The translations under genes and the position numbers were made by a program. 64,000 nucleotides of DNA, from NCBI GenBank assembly GCA_000146465.1, contig CP001944.1; one strand, 5' to 3'. Below the pieces are notes generated by a model, which worked only from the letters and a program-made list of their open reading frames with translations, was not told the DNA's origin and did no database searches. Each line of letters starts with the position of its first letter. Within the stretch, counting starts at the first letter, position 1. Positions 1 through 8,012 of this stretch are shown here, one piece after another.

Positions 1-555
1 GATCTGAAATCTGCCTTTCTTGGGGAACTACCTGGGGATGAGCCACTTCTGAAGGAGCTGGGAATAGATTTCAACACAATAAGAAAAGAAAGCCGCTTAG
101 TCTTTGGGGTCTTTCAAAAAAAACAAGTTGACTTCTCGTTTGTTAAGAATGCAGATCTTTCAGGTCCGGTTGTCTTTGTAGGATTATATACTCTTGGGCT
201 CATCCTAAACTATAAGATCCATTTTGGATACATATATTTCATTTCTCTGCTGACGGCCTTGTCGATGTACTTCCTGCTAAATGTCCTGGACACAAAGCAC
301 ATAGGATTTCTTGAGTGCTGCAGTATCCTTGGATACTCGTTTCCCCCTGTGGTTTTCTTCTCGTTCCTGAACATCCTGTTGGGAGGAATTGGAATAGGGT
401 TCAAGGTGTTCTACGGCCTTGCATTTGCTCTTTGGTCGAGTTACACAGCATCGGTAGTGTTCTGCAGATATCTTTCCCTTACCAACAAGCATGTGGTTGT
501 TGGATATCCTCTGTTGCTAGGATATACAGGGTTTGTAATGGTTGTTCTATTCTGA
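1..555 (+). CDS. 3' portion of a Yip1-domain family membrane protein (reading frame 1 is open from the window edge; 5' end lies outside the window)
   Basis: Frame 1 has no stop from nt 1 to 555. Translation contains DLSGPVVFVGLYTLGLIL... followed by several hydrophobic segments, typical of the Yip1/Yif1 domain. The ORF-track start at 259 is a TTG, not a true start. Confidence 0.5.
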   Translation, partial: DLKSAFLGELPGDEPLLKELGIDFNTIRKESRLVFGVFQKKQVDFSFVKNADLSGPVVFVGLYTLGLILNYKIHFGYIYFISLLTALSMYFLLNVLDTKHIGFLECCSILGYSFPPVVFFSFLNILLGGIGIGFKVFYGLAFALWSSYTASVVFCRYLSLTNKHVVVGYPLLLGYTGFVMVVLF

Positions 556-669
556 AATAAATCGTATAGTATTAAGGTCTTTGGGGTCTGGACACTGTGA
601 TGCTTATGGACATATTTAATATTTGTAATTGATCTCTGAGATATAAAAGAAAAAACAAGAAAAGCTGGG

Positions 670-1047
670 ATGCGAAAAAATGACTTTGACGTGAGGGAGA
701 TGAACGCAGCATTGGGTCTCCTTAGGCTAGCTAGAGAGGGAAAGGGCGAAGCAGATGAGCCTGATACAAGGACAAGAAAGACCACTTTCCAGATGATGGT
801 TCTTAAAGAGGTATTCAAGATTGCACCGCATCCGTCGACGCTTACGAAGACAGACCTTGCACTTATGATCAAGCTTCCGCTGAAAGCTGTACAGATATGG
901 TTTCAAAACGAGCGAAGCAGGAAAGAGAGAGGAGGGAGGACGGGGAAGAGAAGCAGGGGAGGAAGATCAGAAAACATAGATCCGGTGAAGTTGTTCAAGG
1001 TTATAATGAAGGTTCTGGAAAAGAACAGAGAGGGTTTTGGCTTCTAG
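670..1047 (+). CDS. Homeobox (homeodomain) transcription factor
   Basis: True ATG at 670. Homeodomain RKTTFQMMVLKEVFKIAPHPSTL...LKAVQIWFQNERSRKER with the WFQN recognition-helix signature. N-terminal REMNAALG motif is shared with the neighbouring HD gene. Confidence 0.8.
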   Translation: MRKNDFDVREMNAALGLLRLAREGKGEADEPDTRTRKTTFQMMVLKEVFKIAPHPSTLTKTDLALMIKLPLKAVQIWFQNERSRKERGGRTGKRSRGGRSENIDPVKLFKVIMKVLEKNREGFGF

Positions 1048-1415
1048 TTCTGGAGAGACATTGCATTATATATTGGTGTAACATAGACAGAGCATGTTGG
1101 TCTTTGTGTGAGATGTTTCCAATTGAGAACATAAATTAAAACATGAGTTTTTCCGAGGGGATATTAAATATTAGCCAAGGCTTTATGGCTTTTCTATAGG
1201 ACGGCCCAAGGGAGGAGAGACAAAAAACTGGATATTAATTTTTACCCCTTCCCTATTTGGCCTTTGAACTTGAGTCTGTTTTTTACAACTGGAGAATAGG
1301 GTTATCAAAAAATATTAAGGAACATGCTCGATAATATTAAATTATAAATTTATTCAATAATAATATTGAGCTAGAATTTATTCAAGACTGTAAAAATTCT
1401 AAGACAAGTAAATTA

Positions 1416-1739
1416 TCAATACCTTGGTGTATTCTTAACAATGGACATAATCTCCCACAGGTCAATTGCCTTGGAGTCTGCATTCTCATCAATGCTTTGA
1501 TTCTTTCCTTTGCTGATATGTCTTTTGTTCTGGAACCATATATCCACTGCTCTTGGTGATAAGGATATTAAGATCCCGATATCAATCTTGTTCTCCCATG
1601 TTGGATATGGTGTTGCTTGATATATCTTCTTCAAAACCTCTTTCTGGAACTTGCTTTTCCTGACCTTTTCTCCTGGCTTCTTTAGGCATCTCTCCGGATG
1701 GAACAACAAAATCATTCCTAGGGCTGCCTGAACTTCCAT
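1416..1739 (-). CDS. Homeobox transcription factor, paralog of 670..1047
   Basis: ORF-track start 1757 is GTG. The first ATG is at 1739 (MEVQAALG...). Homeodomain RKSKFQKEVLKKIYQATPYPTWENK...PRAVDIWFQNKRH. It shares the REM..AALG N-terminus and the P[HY]P motif with the upstream gene. Confidence 0.75.
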   Translation of the reverse strand: MEVQAALGMILLFHPERCLKKPGEKVRKSKFQKEVLKKIYQATPYPTWENKIDIGILISLSPRAVDIWFQNKRHISKGKNQSIDENADSKAIDLWEIMSIVKNTPRY

Positions 1740-2089
1740 CTCTCTTCGATCAAGCACCTTGATGGTGAAAATTTTTGGATCTTTTTGTTTTAGAAATCCT
1801 TTCAGATCTCAGCCCCTTTGGGGACTCCAATCACCTTGAGGTACTAATGTCATTGTTCGGCATCATGATAGATAGATAAATAAAGAAGATTAGATTCCTA
1901 TCATGCTTCATTTAGATTTGACTTTTAAATTAAGCGGTTTCCTTGATATGTTTGACGTTTTCTGACTTTATTGGAAGGTAACCTGCAAAATGCCCTTAAT
2001 TTACTATTGATGGAAATCGAATGTTGTTCGCGGGCTTTCCCTGCTGGTTAGGACACTAGTAATTACTTATTTCCGACAGCCATAAGTAC

Positions 2090-2830
2090 CGAGATATGAG
2101 CTCCAAGAGACTCTTGCGAGTGGGTCAACATCGAAAATAAAGAGCTCTGAAGTTTCTGGAGACAAGGAGTATGCTGTCAAGATGATAAGAAAAGAAGACA
2201 TTCCTTTGAAGCTCTTTTTGAGAGAAGTCAAAATGCATAGATTGATGAAACATCCAAATATAGTTGAATTTGTTGACTCGTACGAAGACTAGGATGGATG
2301 TTTTGTTGTAATAAGGTTAGGATGCCAGGAGATGGGGAGCATAATCCAGGCGGGTGTAGGATTGAGCTCTGCCCTGGCCCATTTCTACTTCAAACAATTG
2401 ATTTCTGCAGCGAGGTATCTGCATGGAAAGGAAATATGTCATCGAGATGTCAAACCAGAGAACATGCTTATTGACGCAAGTGGAAACCTCTCGCTATCGG
2501 ATTTCGTCTTTTCAACCTTATTTATACAGAAGGAGAAAGAAGAAGACTTCGGTCGTTTGTAAAAGGTTTAGAGTATATGGCCCGAAGTTTTTGAGAGAGC
2601 TTGCAGATATGTGGTCCTGCGGAATAAGTCTTATTGTGTTTCTAACCGGCTCATATCCATGGGGCAAAGCATCTGGTCGGACAAGAAATTCTCTGGATTT
2701 ATATTGATGAAGGACTACGTCTAGGTACACAAAGGCATAGAAAACTCGGAAAAGAGATTTATAATGAAAATGGTGACTAAAGAAGGCAGCCGCTGGACTG
2801 GGCCGATAGCTCTGAAAGATCCATGACTTA
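2090..2830 (+). pseudogene. Decayed Ser/Thr protein kinase gene (CAMK-group, Chk1-like)
   Basis: Kinase subdomains I-XI are recognisable but split over three frames. Frame 1 gives YELQETLASGSTSKI...EYAVKMIRK...HPNIVEFVDSYED then an in-frame TAG near 2290. Frame 1 continues ...YLHGKEICHRDVKPENMLIDASGNLSLSDFV with DFG changed to DFV. Frame 2 (about 2560-2700) gives DMWSCGISLIVFLTGSYPW, subdomain IX. Frame 3 (about 2751-2826) gives a subdomain XI-like FIMKMV..R.T...L.DP. There is no initiator ATG at the head and the Gly loop is degenerate. Confidence 0.6.
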
Positions 2831-3344
2831 TGCAGCCAAACACACTCCTCGATGAATCGGATCTCTATAAAGGCCCAGACAGTCTGTTTGACTTGATTCC
2901 ACATGGATATATTGGCGCTTCATCTCACCCAGCCCGGAGAAGTGCATAAGACCTCAAAAGTACGCTTTGTCTCTTCACAGCCCAGAAAAATTAAAGGAAG
3001 AGACGCCCATATATTGTACAGAAAAAAGGAAATTCTCTTTCAATTGTACAAGAGATGTGCAAGTCACCCGATGCAATAGTGGTTTCTTGGAAGGTTGTGG
3101 TCTCGTCTGTGATTTTTTCCACGGTTGGCACCAAAAGATAGATTCTTTCCGGAGAAATTGGAGTCAAGAAGTTGAGAGAGAACCACTGTGCAACCATCTG
3201 CAGGACAAGAGGAGATGCTTGAGTTTGAAAAGTTCATAAAAGCCTTTGGGAATTGTTTGGGTTGACTGCAAGAGATATTTGGACGGAATTATAAATGGGA
3301 TTTGATAAATAAACAAAACTAATTATTTTCTCCTGAAAACCTAT

Positions 3345-4517
3345 ATGAAGAACACAAAAAAGAATGAATGGAAAGGACTGAGTTTTGGAGCTTGGCCAAT
3401 TATGCAGGGATATCAGAGAAGATTGTCCCGAAAGATTCAAAACATTTTGTTTATGTCCCTGGTACTTCTTTCCTTTATTTTCCTCTATAAAAAATATTTT
3501 TTTGTTTGCAGAGCCAAGGAGGACCAGAGAATGGAGAAGATGTGCTTAGATTTCATAAACAAGAAGGTTGATAAGTGCTTACAGCACAAGTCGAGGTACG
3601 ACCAGAACAAAGAGTTTGCGGCTATCAAGACACACTTGCCGCTGATTCCACTAAAGATGACACGATCGAATGCGGTTTTTCTGTATACACACAAGAAGCC
3701 TTATGTTGTGATCAAAAGATGCATTGCGCCAGATGCACCGGGGCTTGCCGAGGATGAGATGCTGAAATCTCTGGACCACAAAAATGTTGTAAAGTTCTTC
3801 AAGTCGTTTAGAGAAAAATACGTGAATCTGAAGGAAGAGGAAGAGACGATTATTTGGATATTTATGGAGCACATGGACATCAAGGTGTCTCAGGATGTTG
3901 TGAAGGGGAATGAAAATAAAATAAGAGAGATTACCAAGGGGATTCTGCATGGGCTCCAATATCTTCACAGCATGGGAATAGCACATCTCGACCTGAAGAT
4001 TTCAAATGTTATGGGAAAGGAAACAAAGGATGGGATTGTATATAAGATTATTGACTTTGGATTTGCCCGGAGGCTTGCGAATGTAGGAGACAATGCCGAG
4101 ATCCAAATTCCCTCGAAGAGCTTTGGAACCTATCCATACAAGCCGCCCGAGACGTCGCAACTGAATATGCATGGGATAAAGGGAGACATATGGTGCCTAG
4201 GAGCCATAGTATGGTTTCTATCGTGGAGACAGACACCGTTCTACTTTGATGATGGGAGGAAGAACTTAGAGGAGTGGAGGATGTTTATCCGAGGAAGAAT
4301 TCCTATTTCCTTCAAGCCTAACACATCTCCTGCACTGAGGAACTTTGTAAGGAAATGTATGGATTTCGATAGATTTGCAAGGCCAAGTGCCTCTGAGCTT
4401 CTGGAGCATCCTTTTATAACAGGAGTGCCAATGAAGGTAACCGAGGAGGAGATAAACGAGATGAGTGAAGAGTTTTCATCTAGCTCTGAATACAGTGACA
4501 CAAGATCTGAAGATTAA
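3345..4517 (+). CDS. Ser/Thr protein kinase, atypical (HLD instead of HRD, no canonical Gly loop), with N-terminal hydrophobic anchor
   Basis: True ATG at 3345. Motifs VVIKRC (VAIK-like), YLHSMGIAHLDLKISNV (catalytic loop), IIDFGFARRL (DFG), YKPPE, DIWCLGAI. Residues about 36-50 ILFMSLVLLSFIFLY are a predicted transmembrane or signal-anchor segment. Confidence 0.75.
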   Translation: MKNTKKNEWKGLSFGAWPIMQGYQRRLSRKIQNILFMSLVLLSFIFLYKKYFFVCRAKEDQRMEKMCLDFINKKVDKCLQHKSRYDQNKEFAAIKTHLPLIPLKMTRSNAVFLYTHKKPYVVIKRCIAPDAPGLAEDEMLKSLDHKNVVKFFKSFREKYVNLKEEEETIIWIFMEHMDIKVSQDVVKGNENKIREITKGILHGLQYLHSMGIAHLDLKISNVMGKETKDGIVYKIIDFGFARRLANVGDNAEIQIPSKSFGTYPYKPPETSQLNMHGIKGDIWCLGAIVWFLSWRQTPFYFDDGRKNLEEWRMFIRGRIPISFKPNTSPALRNFVRKCMDFDRFARPSASELLEHPFITGVPMKVTEEEINEMSEEFSSSSEYSDTRSED

Positions 4518-4573
4518 AATATTTTGTTTTGGTTGGAATTTAGCTTTAGGGCTCGTCCTGTACATAGTTTTTG

Positions 4574-4903
4574 ATGAGAATCCCTTTGATGGAGGAGTCT
4601 GAAGGATTGAGATATCTGATGAAGCTTCTTCCCGAGTACATGAGGATAGGAGGGGAGAGGTATATTCTGCACCGGATTGGCAGGATCATTGGAGAAGACA
4701 GTTGGGCCACGGCTATGTTCTGCCGGAAATGCCTTTGGCTCTACATTCCTGTTGTGAACAGCAGGATGAAATGTGATGATGGAATTCTGAGGGTTGAGTG
4801 CTATGGATGCCAAGAGAAGCATGAATTTGACAAAGAGAAGCTTGGAATTGTAAAAAACGGTCTTGAAGTCAAGGAAGACAGACTTGAAGATTATTTTGGA
4901 TAG
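4574..4903 (+). CDS. Small C4 zinc-ribbon protein (possibly Elf1-like transcription elongation factor)
   Basis: ORF-track start 4571 is TTG. The first ATG is at 4574. The protein contains C-x2-C-x21-C-x2-C (FCRKC...ECYGC) followed by an acidic tail. It fills the gap between the kinase and RPS14 on the same strand. Confidence 0.45.
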   Translation: MRIPLMEESEGLRYLMKLLPEYMRIGGERYILHRIGRIIGEDSWATAMFCRKCLWLYIPVVNSRMKCDDGILRVECYGCQEKHEFDKEKLGIVKNGLEVKEDRLEDYFG

Positions 4904-4936
4904 AAAGTTCCCAGGGGAATCAAAGCTTTGTTTGAG

Positions 4937-4949
4937 AAAAAATTTGCCC
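4937..4949 (+). promoter_or_regulatory. AAATTT-GCCC promoter-like motif upstream of RPS14
   Basis: aaaaaatttgccc lies 7 nt before ATG 4956. A nearly identical 28-mer lies upstream of beta-tubulin. This matches the AAATTT-like plus CCC-like upstream signals described for Encephalitozoon genes. Confidence 0.45.
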
Positions 4950-4955
4950 TTCGAG

Positions 4956-5366
4956 ATGACCGAGCAGATAGAAGTCGAGTCTATGGAGTTGGCGGCAGTC
5001 GCACACATCAAGGCAACTAAGAACGACACATTTGTTCATATAACAGACATGACTGGGTCGGAAACGATTGCAAAGATCACGGGAGGAATGAGAGTTAAGG
5101 CACAGCGAGACGAAGGATCTCCTTATGCAGCCATGCTTGCAGCACAAGACGTTGCCGAGAAGATACTTGGGCGTGGGGTGAAGGTGCTTCACTTTAAGCT
5201 TCGAGGGGCTGGAGGAGTCAAGCCTATGGCTCTTGGGCCTGGAGCACAGACGGCCATAAGGACTTTGATCCGAGCAGGGCTTAAGGTCGGGCGGATTGAG
5301 GATGTTACGCCTGTTGCAAGGGATCGTGTCAGGAAGCGTGGAGGGCACCGAGGAAGAAGAGTTTGA
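4956..5366 (+). CDS. RPS14: 40S ribosomal protein S14 (uS11)
   Basis: ORF-track start 4863 is TTG. The first ATG is at 4956 ([31 protein letters not shown]...). It is near-identical in pattern to eukaryotic S14, including the RIEDVTPV...[11 protein letters not shown]-terminus. Confidence 0.9.
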   Translation: MTEQIEVESMELAAVAHIKATKNDTFVHITDMTGSETIAKITGGMRVKAQRDEGSPYAAMLAAQDVAEKILGRGVKVLHFKLRGAGGVKPMALGPGAQTAIRTLIRAGLKVGRIEDVTPVARDRVRKRGGHRGRRV

Positions 5367-5464
5367 ATAAAGCTGCCTTTATTTATGGATTTTATTTGAC
5401 AGCAGCAGACATGTCAAGGAAGTTGAAAATGGCTATTTGTGTTTCTCTTATCGGCAACCCTTAG

Positions 5465-7195
5465 ATGGAGTTACCAGACCTCTCTAAATTCAGAGAAAAG
5501 TGCTGCTACTGCTACGAAGACATCAAGACTGGGATATCTGTGTGTAGCTGTGGTCTTTCGTTCTGCAAAGAACACAAGGATCTTCACCTTGGGAAGGCCA
5601 AATGCCAAATTGTATTTGAGATTAAGGAGATTGGAAATGATCTAGGTATTGAAATTAAAAACACAATGCTCGGGGAAGCGGAGATTGAAGAACTAAGGAG
5701 GAGGATGGAGACATTGGTGAGGTCGGAGGATGAGGATGAGAGAGTCATCTTCAGGGACGAGGAAGTGGTATGTATGCATGAATGTCCTGAAGGTCCATGC
5801 TCTATAGATCTAGGAGATGCTGGGAATCTTAGCTGCAAGGTGTGCGATGTGAAAACAAGACTGTGGGTGTGTTTTATTTGCGGGTATGTTGGATGCGGGA
5901 GGATGCAGTATGGTGCAGAAGGGAATGGACATGCAAGGGCACATTATGAGGAAACACAACACAATGTTTTTGTTCTAGTTCCTAGCCTTATAAAAGAGAG
6001 TTGCGAGGTATTCTGCTATCTTTGTGACTCAAACATAAGATTTCACTACGAGATTCCCGGGAATATTACAATTGACTTTGGAGATGAGGGAAAGGCAGGG
6101 AGGAAAAGAGTGAAGAAGAGGATAATCTGCAATGGGATTGTTGAGCAGGAAGAAAAGAAATTGAAGGCGATGGAAAAGGGAAAGAATGAGTCGATTCCTA
6201 GTCCATATGTCGGGATTGTTAACTCCGGAAACACCTGTTATATTTCTTCTGTTCTCCAAATGATAGGATATGTAGTTTCGAAAGAGGACATTGATATGGA
6301 GCAACACTTCGAGATATGCTGTGATAAGAATCCTCTGGAGTGCTTTTTCTGCCAGCTGATGAGGGTTTTAAACAGAATGAAAAAGGCTAGGAAAGAAAAG
6401 AATATAGATAGTATATCGATACTAGATCTGATAATACTTATATGGAGAGATATGCCTATGTTTTCGAAGTTTATGCAGCAAGATTCCCACGAGTTTTTAC
6501 TTTTCCTCCTTGAGAAGATACGGGAAGGAGAAGGTTTATATCTGATTCCATCGATAACATCTTTCTTTGAGTTTGAGGTTGGAAGAAAGATCAGCTGTTC
6601 AGGATGCATGGATAAGTCTACCAGCTATGAATCTGCAATGATGATATGTACATGTCTGAAGGGCGACATAAGAAGGTCTGTGGAGATGTTTTTTTCTCCT
6701 GATGAGTGGAACTGCAAGTGTGGGGGAAAGAAGAATGTAAGTCGGTTTGTCACAATTCCTCCCAGGTATCTAATAATCCAAGTTGGAAGATACTCTTATA
6801 ATAATAACAAAGTGGAGAAGATCAAAAGCAAGATCGGGATAAAAAGTGTCAAGCTAAAAGACTTTATGAGCAAGGACGAAGCCGACGAATCCCTCGCCAA
6901 AAAGCTTTCAGATGATGGATATTCCTTGGAGGATGCAAAAAGGGCTTTAGGCATCTTCTGCAACGACGAAGGTAAGGCCCGCAGCTTCCTGGAAAGGCAA
7001 AGTTCTGTAGTCTCGCCAGAAGACTTAAAGTACAGAGTTGTCGGATGCATCAATCATTCTGGAGATAATATCAAGGCAGGACATTACACGTGGTGGGTGT
7101 ATGAAGATGAAAAGTGTTACAAAATAGATGATACAAACGTTCTTGGTAGCAATGTTGAAGTATTGGAAGATGGCTATATATTCTTGTTTAAATGA
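5465..7195 (+). CDS. UBP14: Ubiquitin carboxyl-terminal hydrolase, UBP14/USP5-like (ZnF-UBP + USP catalytic domain + UBA)
   Basis: ATG at 5465. Cys box GIVNSGNTCYISSVLQ and His box HSGDNIKAGHYTWWV. The Cys/His-rich ZnF-UBP region is C...C..C...H.. and the UBA-like segment is LSDDGYSLEDAKRALGIF. Confidence 0.85.
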   Translation: MELPDLSKFREKCCYCYEDIKTGISVCSCGLSFCKEHKDLHLGKAKCQIVFEIKEIGNDLGIEIKNTMLGEAEIEELRRRMETLVRSEDEDERVIFRDEEVVCMHECPEGPCSIDLGDAGNLSCKVCDVKTRLWVCFICGYVGCGRMQYGAEGNGHARAHYEETQHNVFVLVPSLIKESCEVFCYLCDSNIRFHYEIPGNITIDFGDEGKAGRKRVKKRIICNGIVEQEEKKLKAMEKGKNESIPSPYVGIVNSGNTCYISSVLQMIGYVVSKEDIDMEQHFEICCDKNPLECFFCQLMRVLNRMKKARKEKNIDSISILDLIILIWRDMPMFSKFMQQDSHEFLLFLLEKIREGEGLYLIPSITSFFEFEVGRKISCSGCMDKSTSYESAMMICTCLKGDIRRSVEMFFSPDEWNCKCGGKKNVSRFVTIPPRYLIIQVGRYSYNNNKVEKIKSKIGIKSVKLKDFMSKDEADESLAKKLSDDGYSLEDAKRALGIFCNDEGKARSFLERQSSVVSPEDLKYRVVGCINHSGDNIKAGHYTWWVYEDEKCYKIDDTNVLGSNVEVLEDGYIFLFK

Positions 7196-7248
7196 GAACT
7201 ATCCCAAGTCCCAGTAGAAAATAAACTTCTGTGTATTCCTGTTTCATC

Positions 7249-7968
7249 TCAAGTGTTGTTGAGATAGAAGCCCTCCAAATCACCCTTGAGTGGTTTTGAC
7301 CTTCTTTCTCCAAGAATTCTCTTAACCGTAGCCCATGAATACCTAACCCCGGGTGGAAATCCAAAGACTGCATTGGCGTTCCTTTTCAGCCACTTGATTG
7401 TATCTGGATCGCTGGGATATCCCGACCCAAGGTTGCTTCCAAATTGGGAAATTAGAATGTCTCTCTGGACCTTGGCAACTATACTAGCTCCAGAAACAAT
7501 CTGGAACTTTGAATCCGCTTTTTCTTCAATCACAAACTTATACGGATAGGCCTCTTCAAGTCTAGCCTTGTATTTTTCGCAGTCCCCAAGTGCGTCCACA
7601 TAGACTGTATCCACTTTCTTGCATTTGGCTTTTATTTCCTCCAGTATCTTGAGGACTGATATCAAAGATATTTCATTGAGGCTGGTGGACTTGACCTGCA
7701 TCATTTCTGTGATGTAGTCTGGATGAGTGCAATGGTAAACATATCCAAATCCCCTCTCTTTTATCATCTTAAAGAAGTCATGTCTTTGCCCAGATGTCAG
7801 GACCTTTGAATCCCGGAATCCTGTGTTTTCCAAGGTAGTCCTTGAAGAAATAAGAGCTCCGTACACCATGTATCCAATTACCGGCCCTCTCCCTGCTTCG
7901 TCAATTCCAACCACAACCTCTTCCGAAATTTCCTCAAGGCTCGAAAAAAAGATGTTCTTACCTTCCAT
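7249..7968 (-). CDS. RNH201: Ribonuclease H2 catalytic subunit A
   Basis: ATG at 7968. The protein has VVVGIDEAGRGPVIGYMVYG (RNase HII DEAGRG motif) and later DSK and YVDALG motifs. Confidence 0.85.
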   Translation of the reverse strand: MEGKNIFFSSLEEISEEVVVGIDEAGRGPVIGYMVYGALISSRTTLENTGFRDSKVLTSGQRHDFFKMIKERGFGYVYHCTHPDYITEMMQVKSTSLNEISLISVLKILEEIKAKCKKVDTVYVDALGDCEKYKARLEEAYPYKFVIEEKADSKFQIVSGASIVAKVQRDILISQFGSNLGSGYPSDPDTIKWLKRNANAVFGFPPGVRYSWATVKRILGERRSKPLKGDLEGFYLNNT

Positions 7969-8012
7969 TTAGAAAAAGGATTTCTAAAATATAAGATATA
8001 TTGCCAAGTCAT

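Noticed and set aside
2967-3239. 90-aa Cys-containing ORF in the ORF track
   Set aside because: Its first codon is TTG, not ATG, and there is no internal Met at all, so it cannot be a eukaryotic CDS. At most it is C-terminal debris of the neighbouring kinase pseudogene.
4863-4955. 31-aa N-terminal extension of RPS14 in the ORF track
   Set aside because: The ORF-track start is TTG. The first ATG (4956) yields the canonical S14 N-terminus and is preceded by the AAATTTGCCC motif.
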